In this document: positions 28,235 through 38,869 of the stretch, in pieces
How the letters are laid out: every line of letters starts with the position of its first letter
Numbering within the stretch: position 1 is the stretch's first letter
From: Candidatus Altimarinota bacterium
GTDB lineage: Bacteria; Patescibacteriota; Gracilibacteria; UBA4473
Length of the DNA: 64,000 nt
Assembly (NCBI GenBank): GCA_965231215.1
Contig: OZ246423.1
Span: 576,001 to 640,000, forward strand
Direction: 5' to 3'
Made by a program: the position numbers and the translations under genes
The notes under the pieces: generated by a model
What the model was told of the DNA's origin: nothing
What the model saw: the letters and a program-made list of their open reading frames with translations, nothing else
Database searches by the model: none

Positions 28235-29281
28235 TTAAAGCTCAAAGACTTGAACATCAGACTTAAACCCATCAAAATGAGCTTTATGCGTGGTTGTAAA
28301 AAACACCTGAGCCCCCTCACACAACTGTTCTAGGTGTGTTTGCCGATAATCATCTAACTCCGAAAACACATCATCCAAAAGCAAAATAGGCACCCTCTTT
28401 AAATGCTCTTGGAAAATATATTTTTGAGCAGACAGCATCGCCAACAGAACCGAGCGAGTCTCCCCACGTGAAGCATTTGAAACCACCGGCATATCCCGTA
28501 GATAAAAGACAAAGTCATCTCGGGTTGGCGCTATAAAATTTTTACGAGCAGCAAGCTCTCTTTCCTGATGCTTCATAAAAAAGTCTTCAATAGACGCAGA
28601 AGAAGCCTCAACCGGCTCTGCCAAATCCATCCCAATATGAAGGGATTCAGATCTACCCGTAATTTTTTGTAATTCTTTGGGAAGTTCTTGATTGAGCAGA
28701 TCCAAAAACTCTTGGCGTATCTGCATAATCACAGGCATAGTCTCCACCAAAATAGCATTCCAAGGGGCTAGGTGACTGGCAGAAGGTGATTCTTCTGTAC
28801 GCAGCAGACGGGTTTTTTGTTTATGGGCTTTAGTAGCTCGAGAAAGCTTTTCTCTGTACTGAGGATATATCTGCACCAAAATACGATCAAAAAACTGCAC
28901 ACGGGCTAATTTGGTACCAGAAAACAGGTGTAAATACTCCGGGCAAAATAGAAGGGTCGGAATCTGCCCTATAAGTCGAGTTCGAGGAAGCGCTTTTTTA
29001 TTTTTAGTAAAGGTACGAGAACGTGATCCAATATTGACCCTAAAAGTATCTAGCTCTGTTTGAAGCGTTACCAAAGCTGAATCTTGAGTGAAATCAGCGA
29101 TAAGATCTTTACTAGAGGTTTCCCGCCAGCTCTTGCCGACACTCAAGACAGAAATAGCCTCCAGCACATTCGTTTTCCCCAAACCATTAGGCCCACAAAA
29201 TACCACTCGCTCAGACTCAAACCGAAACGTCTGATCCGCATAGTTTCTAAAGTCCTGAAGACGAAGCACCTCTAACTTCAT
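28235..29281 (-). CDS. recF: DNA replication/repair protein RecF
   Basis: LQDFRNY, GPNGLGKTNVLEAI, ASRGETR, ILLLDDVFSELD. Confidence 0.95.
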   Translation of the reverse strand: MKLEVLRLQDFRNYADQTFRFESERVVFCGPNGLGKTNVLEAISVLSVGKSWRETSSKDLIADFTQDSALVTLQTELDTFRVNIGSRSRTFTKNKKALPRTRLIGQIPTLLFCPEYLHLFSGTKLARVQFFDRILVQIYPQYREKLSRATKAHKQKTRLLRTEESPSASHLAPWNAILVETMPVIMQIRQEFLDLLNQELPKELQKITGRSESLHIGMDLAEPVEASSASIEDFFMKHQERELAARKNFIAPTRDDFVFYLRDMPVVSNASRGETRSVLLAMLSAQKYIFQEHLKRVPILLLDDVFSELDDYRQTHLEQLCEGAQVFFTTTHKAHFDGFKSDVQVFEL

Positions 29282-29889
29282 TATTCAAAAATAGGATCAA
29301 AATCCTCTCCCCCAAGTCCGGACTTAGGCAAGTTCGGGGAATCGATACTAAAACTAGAATAAGGCCAGTCTTTTGGATCTTCTACTAGTCCATGTTTTAC
29401 AGCATTACCCTCAATATAATCACCGAGTTGCTCTAAATAAGCTTGATCCAGAACCTCTCGCGCCTGGAAACGCCCTTCAAACATAGGCATTTTAAGGCCC
29501 TTCTTCACCGTTTTTTTGTAGCGTTCATTAAAATACATCGCATAGGATTGTTGAATTTTTCTCATAAAGTGTGAAATTTCTTTAGAAAGCTTTGACTGAG
29601 CCTGGACTTCTAGGTTTTCATCTATCAAATCAGAAGTAATCTGGTTATGAAAACCTTCCGAAAAATCCTGACTCTCAGAAGTCTCCCAAAGCAAAAAATG
29701 AAAATGATTTGGCAAGAAACAAAAATGAGTGATTCTCACAGAAGGGTAATCAATCAAATATCGCTGAATGGTTTTATAAAAACGAACATAATCATCCTTA
29801 TCTAAGAACAATTTTTGTTTATTAAATCCACGGTTATAGACGTGATAATAACTATTTTGGAAAAGATCATCTATACGAGAAGGCATCAC
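29281..29889 (-). mobile_element. REP-associated tyrosine transposase (RAYT, IS200/Y1 HUH family)
   Basis: YYHVYNRG, FLPNHFHFL (HUH), YAMYFNERY, FEGRF, YIEGNAVKHGLV..P.DWPYSS. Confidence 0.9.
29314..29325. repeat. REP-like palindrome AAGTCCGGACTT inside the transposase 3' end
   Basis: Perfect 12-bp palindrome, identical to the copy at 29920-29931. Confidence 0.75.
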
Positions 29890-29918
29890 TTACATCATAC
29901 AAAATTCCCAAACTCATG

Positions 29919-29932
29919 CAAGTCCGGACTTG
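29919..29932. repeat. REP-like palindrome CAAGTCCGGACTTG upstream of the transposase
   Basis: Perfect 14-bp palindrome. Confidence 0.75.
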
Positions 29933-29946
29933 GTGGGGTTTTTACA

Positions 29947-29979
29947 AAAAGCCCCTAGAGGCGAACCTCTAGGGGTTTT
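29947..29979 (-). terminator. Intrinsic terminator of the S-layer gene
   Basis: CCCCTAGAGG-cgaa-CCTCTAGGGG flanked by A/T tracts. Confidence 0.85.
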
Positions 29980-30025
29980 AAGTTTAAGGTTTAAAAATTA
30001 AACCTGTATTTCAACAGAAAGTTGA

Positions 30026-33000
30026 TTAGGCATCACTGTTAACATGAGCAGTGGTATCCATATCAAGTAGGTATCCATTGAAGAAGTCTGAAGAACCAGA
30101 AACATCAGATTCATCAGACCAAACGATGTTAGCACCGCTACCTACTACATTGGCAGAAGTGTTTGGACCAAATGCAGCGTTATCAGTTGGTATAGTTATA
30201 GAAACTGCATCATCATCAGCTTCTCCTGTACCATCGTTTCGAGTTCCATTAAATAGTAATGCGTAAGTTCGAGAAGAACCAGCATCGATAATTTGGTTCG
30301 TAAAGGTAACTGTAACTGAATCTGTAGTATCAGTTATAACTTTTACACCTGTACCAGCAGCAGCAGCTACAGTAGATGTAGTATCTAGAGTACCATCATC
30401 TTTCACTTGTAGAACTCGGTAAGTTGGGGTACCAGCTTCATAAGTCATCCCTTGAAGTGCAACATTTAGCACAACTTGAGCAAGAGTTACTTCATCAGCA
30501 CTATCTGCAGAAGCAGTAAATCGGTAGAACTCTTGTTCAGCAGAAGATGGATCAGCAAATGTAGGCTGAGTCGTAGCGTGTCGTAATTCCATTTGAGTGT
30601 TAAGAATCAAGAAATCTTGAGAGTTAACAGTAGAAACAGATACGTCAGCAGTTGCTAGGTCAGAACCAGTAGCAGCTGTAACCGCTTCTAAACCGTTTTG
30701 TTGTTGAGTAGTGTCAAGATCAAGATCAAGCACTTGTCCAGTCTGAGACTGATCAGTGATGTCTCGAACATCCACTTTAATAGTTACTGTTGTTGAACCA
30801 TCTTTAGGTACTCGGATTCGGTTAGCGTTTCCAAGTTCGAATTGAAGGTTTCCAGAAATCATAGTTTCAGTTTGAAGCAATTGACCAGATTCACTGTAGA
30901 GTTTGAAGTCCACACGGTCTCCAGCACTAGCGTTAGTAGCTTTGAAGTAGAGGTCAGAAACTTGTACTTCATCATCAGCAGCCGTTAGACGAACTTTAAG
31001 CACGTCCACTTCTGTTTGATTAGCCACTAAAATGTCAGAGAACACCGTAGAACCAAGTTCTACAGTAAGTGTACCAGTTTGAAGGATATCAAACGTAGAT
31101 CCACATAAGTAGTTGTTAGCTGTACCTCCATCACAGTCTCCGTCGCCAGTAGCATCAGCGTTTCCAACACCAAGAGTGATGCTTTCTTCTTGAACTGTAA
31201 CTTCTTGTCCGTTTTCAACATTGTCAGCGTTAACAGCCACAACGTGAACTTGGAAAGTAGAGTTAGAGCTAGACTCAACTACAGGGTCTCCCACAGCGTG
31301 AGTGTTAGCTAGAGCACCAGTACAAGTAACCGTTGTTCCAGAAACAGAAGCAACAGTACAAGTTTCAGTGTTACCAGTAGCACCTACAGTAAGAGTGTCT
31401 CCAGCAGAAATGTTAGCAGCGTTAGCTACGTCAAATGAAGTTGGAGTCACGTATTGAGTGATAAATTTACCAACAATTTCAGCAGCAGCGTGGTTGTTAG
31501 TAAAGGCTGAACTAACAGTAATAACGTTTGTAGTAGTGTTAATAGCAGAAATTGTAGCAATCTCAGCATTTGTACCAGTGTTAGTACCATCAGAAGAAAC
31601 CGAAATTTGGTCTCCTACAGCAAGAGTACCACCAAGACATGGAGCCCCAGCAGTGAATACTCCGTCAGCGTCACCTACAGTAAGGTTGGTAGTACCAGCC
31701 CCTGTAGCACCAGCAAGAGTAAGGTCAGCAGCTGTAGCCGCTTGACAAGCCGCTGTTGTAGTACCAGATCCAGCAGCAAGCGTAGTTGAAGCAGGATTAG
31801 CATCAGCCGCAGAAGTATTAGTATCAAATACTACTTCAAATTCTTTTTGACCAGCTGAAGGAATCAGCACAGTAAGGTCGTTGAATGTAGCAGCACCTGC
31901 ACTAGAAAGGTTTCGTGAAGAACCTTGTTGAGTTCCGTCTACGAAAATCGCAGCCGTAAAGTCTTGGATGTTTGTAAGAGCCGCACCAGTAGCGTCAGTT
32001 TCAACAGAAACAGAAGTTACCGTAACGTCTCCAGAATCATTGTTATCCAAAACAAACTTCATCATGGTTACATCATCTACCCCTGCTACGATTTCTTCAG
32101 AAGTGGCAGCAAAACCGTCAGTTCGAGAAATAGTAAGGATAGATTCAAGTACTTCTACGAAAGAAGCTTCAGCTGAACCAAGAATTGATTCTAGTTGGTC
32201 CCCTGTAGAGATGTACTCTGGAGAATCAAACGCTGTATTTTGAAGTTCCATTTTTACAGAAGATCCACTAACAGCATTGTCTTCAACGTTCCCTACAAGT
32301 TTAAGGATTGAAGTACCAGCGATTTCAAACGTAGTGTTGAAATCAAGTACAGCATCAGAAATAGCAGTTCCAGTGAAGTCATTTTCAGTGTCGATAAGTT
32401 TATCGTTTAGGTAGAGTCGGAAGTTATCGAAGTAGCTGTTCAAAGTAGTAAGATCAGCAATATTTTGAACTTCAGCAACATTCAAAGCAATACCATCAAC
32501 AATAACTGGTTGATCAACAACAAGTCGAGCTGTAAGGAATACTACGTCGTTTGAACCAGGAGCGTACTCTTGGTTATTTAGAGATGAAGGATCTCGAGAG
32601 ATAGTAAGGTCACCAGCTTCGATTTCGTAAGCTTTAAGACGCGCACAGTCGTCTTCAGCGTCTTCACCAGCACAAGAAGTAGTAGTAGCTGTAGTAGTCG
32701 TTCCGCTTAGAGAAAGACCGTTTCCTGTATCACCTACAGCTTTTACACCGAAGGCTGTACCGATTTCTACTCCTACAATGTCTTCAAAGTTGTCCACTTT
32801 TAGGTTCACTACGTCTCCTTTTTCAGCTGAAACAATATCAGACCGAACAGAGAAGATTCGACTGTCACCGTCTTCAATGATGTAACCACCAGTTACACCG
32901 TTATCAAGACGGAAAGTCATGTAATCACCATCAATGATAGTTTCAGCCGAAACTTGTTCACCAGAAACGTAAAGACCTACGTTTTCAAGGTTGTCTTCAA

Positions 33001-34264
33001 GTTCAGCCGTACCATCATTTTTGAAGGTAACAGCTCGAAGCTCTACATCTTTATTAGAGTTAGAAGCATTGAGAAGTCGGAATTTACCGATTTCAACAAA
33101 ACTGTCTCCAACATCGATAGTTGTATCAGCTCCTAGAGTAGAGAAATTAAGTTGAGTAACTTCGTATGAAGCCACTTCCATTTCTTCTCCTTCTACTGGG
33201 AAGTCTCCAGCAATGTTAGCCGCAGAGCTTACAATGTCGTCAGCAGAAACCAATACGAATCGGTTGTGATGACCTACATTTTTGTCAGTATCAGAGAATT
33301 TAAGAGAAGACACTACGTCAGCAACGATAGTTTGACCAGCTGGAACAACAATTGGAGGGTTGAATCGAAGTTCAACAACATCATCGTTGTTTACTGATTT
33401 ATCGTTCCCAACTTTGAACCCGTCGATTTCAAGCCAAACGTTGTCGAAATCGTCGTTGTCCCCAAGACCAAGACGTGTGAAAGTCATAGAAGAAATTTCA
33501 ACATCAGAGTCATCAGAGGCGGTTAGTTCAACCGTAGTAAACGGAACAGAAGTAGCGTTGAATGGGATATTAGTTCCTCGTGGAGTATCGTTAGAAAGAA
33601 CAACTTCAAGTGTTCCTTCAGCGATTCCAGAGAATCCACCAAGCGCTACTAGTTGACAATCGTAAACAATTTTAACCGTTTCTGCACGAGTTACAGCGTT
33701 TCCAGGACCGAAAGTCCCGTCTCCGTAACCACGCATACAACCGTTGTTGTAGATAGTTTCTACGTAACCGTAGAACCAATCACCAGCGTTTACATCGTCA
33801 AAGTGAGGCGCACCAGAAAGGTCTTGATCTAGCAAGAACCCGTTAACCACCATTTTGGCGATTTCGGCGCGGTTAATACCAACTCCAGGTCGGAACATCC
33901 CATCAGGGTATCCGTTAATCCAACCTTGGTTGTACATAGTTTCAATAAAATCGTAGTACCAAGCATCTTCCGCTACATCAGGGAAGTGAGGTCCACCAGT
34001 GGTGTCCATGTCAACACCAGTCGCAAGTACAATAACTTTAGATACTTCAGCTCGGTTCAGTTGTCTGTTTGGAGCGAAAGATCCATCGTCATTACCACCT
34101 ACTACACCTTGGTCCATAAGTTCTTCAATAGCTTCTTCAGCCCAAGAAGGGATTTCAGCATCATCTGTAAACCCAAGGTTAGCTGCGTGAGCTACACCAA
34201 AGAGGGCCACAGAAGAAAGAACTACGGTAGCAAGGCTTTGTCGCAAAGAAGCAAACAATTCCAT
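30026..34264 (-). CDS. S-layer homology (SLH) domain surface protein, probable major S-layer protein
   Basis: Signal peptide, three SLH repeats (FAPNRQLNRAE, FRPGVGINRAE, FGPGNAVTRAE), long acidic Thr/Asp-rich beta region, strongly biased codon usage. Confidence 0.9.
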   Translation of the reverse strand: MELFASLRQSLATVVLSSVALFGVAHAANLGFTDDAEIPSWAEEAIEELMDQGVVGGNDDGSFAPNRQLNRAEVSKVIVLATGVDMDTTGGPHFPDVAEDAWYYDFIETMYNQGWINGYPDGMFRPGVGINRAEIAKMVVNGFLLDQDLSGAPHFDDVNAGDWFYGYVETIYNNGCMRGYGDGTFGPGNAVTRAETVKIVYDCQLVALGGFSGIAEGTLEVVLSNDTPRGTNIPFNATSVPFTTVELTASDDSDVEISSMTFTRLGLGDNDDFDNVWLEIDGFKVGNDKSVNNDDVVELRFNPPIVVPAGQTIVADVVSSLKFSDTDKNVGHHNRFVLVSADDIVSSAANIAGDFPVEGEEMEVASYEVTQLNFSTLGADTTIDVGDSFVEIGKFRLLNASNSNKDVELRAVTFKNDGTAELEDNLENVGLYVSGEQVSAETIIDGDYMTFRLDNGVTGGYIIEDGDSRIFSVRSDIVSAEKGDVVNLKVDNFEDIVGVEIGTAFGVKAVGDTGNGLSLSGTTTTATTTSCAGEDAEDDCARLKAYEIEAGDLTISRDPSSLNNQEYAPGSNDVVFLTARLVVDQPVIVDGIALNVAEVQNIADLTTLNSYFDNFRLYLNDKLIDTENDFTGTAISDAVLDFNTTFEIAGTSILKLVGNVEDNAVSGSSVKMELQNTAFDSPEYISTGDQLESILGSAEASFVEVLESILTISRTDGFAATSEEIVAGVDDVTMMKFVLDNNDSGDVTVTSVSVETDATGAALTNIQDFTAAIFVDGTQQGSSRNLSSAGAATFNDLTVLIPSAGQKEFEVVFDTNTSAADANPASTTLAAGSGTTTAACQAATAADLTLAGATGAGTTNLTVGDADGVFTAGAPCLGGTLAVGDQISVSSDGTNTGTNAEIATISAINTTTNVITVSSAFTNNHAAAEIVGKFITQYVTPTSFDVANAANISAGDTLTVGATGNTETCTVASVSGTTVTCTGALANTHAVGDPVVESSSNSTFQVHVVAVNADNVENGQEVTVQEESITLGVGNADATGDGDCDGGTANNYLCGSTFDILQTGTLTVELGSTVFSDILVANQTEVDVLKVRLTAADDEVQVSDLYFKATNASAGDRVDFKLYSESGQLLQTETMISGNLQFELGNANRIRVPKDGSTTVTIKVDVRDITDQSQTGQVLDLDLDTTQQQNGLEAVTAATGSDLATADVSVSTVNSQDFLILNTQMELRHATTQPTFADPSSAEQEFYRFTASADSADEVTLAQVVLNVALQGMTYEAGTPTYRVLQVKDDGTLDTTSTVAAAAGTGVKVITDTTDSVTVTFTNQIIDAGSSRTYALLFNGTRNDGTGEADDDAVSITIPTDNAAFGPNTSANVVGSGANIVWSDESDVSGSSDFFNGYLLDMDTTAHVNSDA

Positions 34265-34629
34265 GGTATATAGTCTTTAAAAAATAAAAGGAATAACAGA
34301 GGCGCAAGTCCTCTGGTTTATAATAAATTGATAATCTCGTCATTATCAGCAACGCCGCTAAACCATTTTTGTACACAAAAATTTGTTTTGCTTCGTTACC
34401 GCTTCCTCTCCTCACAAAAGCGCCAGAGAGCTTTATTGGAAAATTTCAATGCACTCCGCTTTTGTTCGGCGGTAAGATTATTTTCTAGAAAGGTTATAAA
34501 AAGGTCCAAACCTCCCCGGCCACGGTGTAAAAGAACGCTTCATTTTTTCGCTGTACCGGCGACCTAACACCAGAAACGAATATGGGAATCTGAAATTTTC
34601 CAGAAAAGTCCATATCGTGAAGTGGGGCG

Positions 34630-34657
34630 ATCCTAGGCAAAAGCGGGACAGAGTCAA
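34630..34657 (-). promoter_or_regulatory. Candidate promoter of the S-layer gene, implying a ~360-nt 5' UTR
   Basis: TTGACT-16 nt-TAGGAT on the minus strand. Confidence 0.45.
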
Positions 34658-34805
34658 GCTTTCACGCGGGAATTTAACCACCGTAAATTATAACGCCTCA
34701 CCCCTACAAGCGTTACCAAAATAAACCCCAAAAAGACGCTTTCACCTTGAAAAAAGGCAAAAACATTTTTTATTAAACAAAAAACAGCCTAAAAGTTTCT
34801 AAAAA

Positions 34806-35282
34806 CTATTGCTCTGCCCCCTCTGTAGAAGCCGATTCAGGCGATTCTCCAGAAATTTGGAATGAATCTTTGAGATTTTGCCCAGCACTGTTTAGTTTTT
34901 GCAGCGCTTCCTGGGTTTCAGTAAGGGCTTTTTGAGTTTCGAGGAGTCTTTTTTGAATTGCTACCAATTTCTCTTTTCCTTCCCCGGCCTTGGCTATGAG
35001 TGTTTCTTCTAGCTCCTGCGCTTTTTTATCTAGTTCAAACAGGCGTTTTTTAAGATCATTAGCCTCCATATTTTTAAATTCCTGCAGGTTCACCTCCCTG
35101 CCCAGAACTTCTTTTACCACCTCTGGAACTGGCACTGTATCCTCATTTTTATTAAGCCAGTCTAGAAGAGGGTCTTTATACAAAAAGGCCGCCACAAGCA
35201 ACAGTCCAAAAATTAAAAATTTAGAGCCTTTCCCTGAGGGCCTTTTGTATCGATCATAGTATTTGTAATAACGCTTCATCAC
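34806..35282 (-). CDS. Membrane-anchored coiled-coil hypothetical protein
   Basis: One TM followed by a heptad-rich helix. Confidence 0.7.
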   Translation of the reverse strand: MMKRYYKYYDRYKRPSGKGSKFLIFGLLLVAAFLYKDPLLDWLNKNEDTVPVPEVVKEVLGREVNLQEFKNMEANDLKKRLFELDKKAQELEETLIAKAGEGKEKLVAIQKRLLETQKALTETQEALQKLNSAGQNLKDSFQISGESPESASTEGAEQ

Positions 35283-35617
35283 TAAAACTTAAAGAGGTTT
35301 TTAATGTCTTTCCCTTTAAAGGTTTTGAGATCCTCTTTGAGGCCCTTGAGGGATTCCTGGTTAATTTTGCCTTTTGGGATATGCACAAATCCGTTTGGGG
35401 CAACTGGCCGAATTTTTTCTGGTTTCTGGTTAAGTCCAATCTCAGCTGAGATATGTGACTTGGCTTCACAGCAATCACAGAGAGCCGAAAATTCAACCTG
35501 ATTTCCATTTACCGCAATAATGTCAATGTTTTCAGCCGCAAACTTAGCCTTACATTTAGGACAGCAAATTTGACTTTGAATTCGAGTAATAATTTTTTGT
35601 AGATATTCAATTTTCAT
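35282..35617 (-). CDS. Zinc-ribbon-like protein
   Basis: CPKC...CDCC motifs. Confidence 0.7.
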   Translation of the reverse strand: MKIEYLQKIITRIQSQICCPKCKAKFAAENIDIIAVNGNQVEFSALCDCCEAKSHISAEIGLNQKPEKIRPVAPNGFVHIPKGKINQESLKGLKEDLKTFKGKDIKNLFKF

Positions 35618-35856
35618 CGTTCTTATTTTATATCAGATTGCCTGATGAATTACGAAGTAATTTTGAAGAAAAATAAACTTCTAAGGTCGAAATTAGTATA
35701 TACAAATAAATATAAAAAAACACAAATTTTTGGAAGAGAAAATTTTAAGAACACAGAAATTCGAGGTATTAAAAAAGTATCGCAGATAAGCGTATTTCGA
35801 TGTACACGTTCGAGAAATTTTTTTAATAACAATGCCTTTCAAAGCTATTAATATTT

Positions 35857-37320
35857 TTAACCTCTGTAGTTTGGCGCTTCTTTCAGAATCGAAACATCAT
35901 GTGGGTGAGACTCTTTGAGACCACTGCCGGTAATCTGCACAAATTTAGTTTTGGACCAAAAGTCGTTTAGGTCTTTAGCCCCACAGTATCCCATAGAACT
36001 TCGGATCCCTCCTTGTAGCTGAAAGATTTCTCCATCAACTTTTCCTTTGAGCAGGATTTTTCCTTCAATCCCTTCTGGGACGAGTTTCTCATCTGCTACG
36101 TTGCTTTGGGCATAGCGTTCTTTTCCTCCTTTTTTCATGGCCGCAAGAGAGCCCATACCTCGGTAATATTTGTAGGTTTTCCCTTCAGCGTAAATAATTT
36201 CCCCCGGAGATTCTTCAGTTCCAGCCAGCATTGATCCAACCATGACGGTGCTCGCTCCAGCCGCAAGAGCTTTAGCGGCATCTCCTGAATATTTAATTCC
36301 TCCGTCAGCAATAAGTGGAATCCCTTTTTTCTGAGCCATTTTAGCTGACTCCATTACCGCAAATAACTGGGGCACTCCTACTCCGGCAATCACGCGCGTA
36401 GTACAGATAGAGCCTGGCCCAATACCAACTTTCACTCCATCAGCTCCTACCTTGGCCAAAGCCTCAACGGCTTCTTGAGTCGCAACATTGCCCCCTACTA
36501 CGTCTTTTTTCGGGTAGTTCTTTTTAATATACGCTACGGTATCAAGCACCCCTTTTGAGTGTCCATGTGCCGTATCTACTAGGAGGACATCTACACCGGC
36601 GTCTACCAGTGCTTGCACTCGCTCTTCCATATTAGCTGCTGGCCCTACAGCCGCCGCCACTAGCAGTCTTTTGTGTGCGTCCTTCGCCGCATTTGGATAG
36701 TCTTCATTTTTCTCAATATCTTTTCGAGTCATAAGGGCATAGAGCGTTCCATCAGGGTTTAAAATCAATAACTTAGAGTGTTTTGATTCTTCTAACACAT
36801 CGTTGGCATCCGTAAGCTCTAGTGGCGCCTGAGCGGTAAGCAGTTTGTTTACGCCCCGCATACGATCTTTAATCAGAAGGGTCGCATGCTTGTATTTTAG
36901 ATAGTCATTTCGGGTAATAAGCCCTACTACTTTTGAGTCTAAAGTCCCGTCTTCTGTAATAGGAACTGCCTTAAATCCATGTCGCTCTCGGATTTCAATT
37001 ACGTCTGTGATTTTATGATTTGGCGAAAGGACTAATGGATCACGAATAAATCCGTTTTCAAACCTTTTCACCCTTTGCACCATCTCGGCCTGATCTGCCG
37101 GTTCACAATTTTTATGAATGACCCCAATCCCTCCATGAAGCGCCATAGCAATAGCCATTCGGTCTTCAGTCACCGTATCCATGGCCGCTGAAATAATCGG
37201 CATGTTGAGGCTTATGTTGCGAGTTAACTGGGTTTTTAAACTCACCTCTTTCGGCAAAATTTCAGAATACTGAGGTACCAAAAGTACATCATCAAACGTA
37301 AGCGCTAAAGGAATGTCCAT
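35857..37320 (-). CDS. guaB: IMP dehydrogenase
   Basis: [21 protein letters not shown] pair, [18 protein letters not shown]. Confidence 0.97.
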   Translation of the reverse strand: MDIPLALTFDDVLLVPQYSEILPKEVSLKTQLTRNISLNMPIISAAMDTVTEDRMAIAMALHGGIGVIHKNCEPADQAEMVQRVKRFENGFIRDPLVLSPNHKITDVIEIRERHGFKAVPITEDGTLDSKVVGLITRNDYLKYKHATLLIKDRMRGVNKLLTAQAPLELTDANDVLEESKHSKLLILNPDGTLYALMTRKDIEKNEDYPNAAKDAHKRLLVAAAVGPAANMEERVQALVDAGVDVLLVDTAHGHSKGVLDTVAYIKKNYPKKDVVGGNVATQEAVEALAKVGADGVKVGIGPGSICTTRVIAGVGVPQLFAVMESAKMAQKKGIPLIADGGIKYSGDAAKALAAGASTVMVGSMLAGTEESPGEIIYAEGKTYKYYRGMGSLAAMKKGGKERYAQSNVADEKLVPEGIEGKILLKGKVDGEIFQLQGGIRSSMGYCGAKDLNDFWSKTKFVQITGSGLKESHPHDVSILKEAPNYRG

Positions 37321-37405
37321 AGGGTATAAAAATTTGACCAAAACTAGAAAAAACTGACACCAAAGTCAAGAAAATAAGGGACTAAGAGATTAAACTCCAA
37401 CGAGA

Positions 37406-38749
37406 CTAAAAAATATAATCCACTTTTTCTTGCAGAATCTGTGCCAAATCTGGAGCTAAACTCTCGGATAATTTTTCTAAAAATTCTCGAGCCTGGGTGT
37501 TGGCTGGCAGCTGATCTACCGCCTCGTTGAGAGTAGCGATCTGATCAATTTTAACCGGTTGGTTTTGTACTTTTTGAAGCACTGAAATCACATAAGTATC
37601 AGCCAGATCCAAAATGACTTCTGATTGACTTTCATCCCCGAGCGAAGCTAAGTACCCAAGCAGAACATATCTATCATAAGCCTTGACCCCAGTATCCACC
37701 GGAGCAAAAGCAATGTTATTCTTATTGTACGCTAACACATCAAAGATAGTTTTAACCGCCAGCGCTTCTGTGAGAATATCGGCTCTCTGCGTTTTGAGGG
37801 CTAATTCTGTGAAGACTTCATCCAGCGTGTAGTTTTCGGTATTTACTCTTTTGGTAATTTCTAAATCCCGCGTGGTCTCAAATACTTGGAGAATAGATCG
37901 AAAGGTTTTTTCAGCTGAAACAATATCTCTGTGGGCGGCATTTCTTTCTCCGTCCAACATTTTTTTTACTCCAGTAAGTATTTTTGAACGGGCAATAGCC
38001 AGCTTCCCAAGAGCCGCTGCAATTTGATCATTGGAAAGACTCAAATCTTGTGGAATATGAGCTGACTGTAAAAAAGTATCACTTCGTAACAATACCTCTT
38101 CTCCACGAGCGGCCATAAGCTGCCCGCTGTGAAGATCAAAAATCTGAACGGTTTTAGCCGTTGGCAAAACTCGAGTTTCTCCCGTTGGGTTTACCTCAAT
38201 AGCTACGCCACTCCCGCTTTGTCCTTGCACCAACCCTTTTTTAGTTCGCACTTTAAAGTCTTGCAGGCTCGTTCCCTGTAGTGACCCTTCGGCCAAAAAG
38301 ATTTCATCTGATTCTAGCACCCGCAGTTTGGTGCCTGGTTTAATACGAGAAGCAAAATTATCACTGATAAACTGAGCCTTTCCTCTATTACCTACCTTAA
38401 TCCAATCTCCTACGTAAAGATCCGCTTCGTCGTTAATTAGATAACTCTCATTGCCTCGAATAACTTCCACCACCCCGTCTTCTGTTTTTACTTTTCCAGC
38501 AATGGTTTGGTTGTTCGTAAAGGGCGTATTAAACGTCCCCACCAGTCCCAAAACAAAAACACTCAAAACCCCATATTTTAGGGACGGAGAAAAAAACCAA
38601 CTCCATCGGTTTCTAAAGGTATTCACCGGAGAGACTTCAAAGGCTCTAAGCGCGCGATTTTTTACCCTAAAACGAGCACTCCCAGAGGCGTGACTTTGCC
38701 CTTTTTGTAAAATTTCTTTTATACGAAGTTCTATCCCTTCAAATCTCAT
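37406..38749 (-). CDS. FecR-domain (anti-sigma-like) membrane protein
   Basis: N-terminal cytoplasmic part, one TM, G.VEV.RG...LYVGDWIKVG FecR-type beta domain. Confidence 0.6.
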   Translation of the reverse strand: MRFEGIELRIKEILQKGQSHASGSARFRVKNRALRAFEVSPVNTFRNRWSWFFSPSLKYGVLSVFVLGLVGTFNTPFTNNQTIAGKVKTEDGVVEVIRGNESYLINDEADLYVGDWIKVGNRGKAQFISDNFASRIKPGTKLRVLESDEIFLAEGSLQGTSLQDFKVRTKKGLVQGQSGSGVAIEVNPTGETRVLPTAKTVQIFDLHSGQLMAARGEEVLLRSDTFLQSAHIPQDLSLSNDQIAAALGKLAIARSKILTGVKKMLDGERNAAHRDIVSAEKTFRSILQVFETTRDLEITKRVNTENYTLDEVFTELALKTQRADILTEALAVKTIFDVLAYNKNNIAFAPVDTGVKAYDRYVLLGYLASLGDESQSEVILDLADTYVISVLQKVQNQPVKIDQIATLNEAVDQLPANTQAREFLEKLSESLAPDLAQILQEKVDYIF

Positions 38750-38869
38750 GCCTTAGTTCTAACGTGTTAGTTCTAGATTTGTTACGAAAATTTATGAAAA
38801 AGAAAGGAATCAAACCCCGCTTCAAGACTCTTTTTGGTTGATGAATACATCCGACGTTTGAAAATATTT

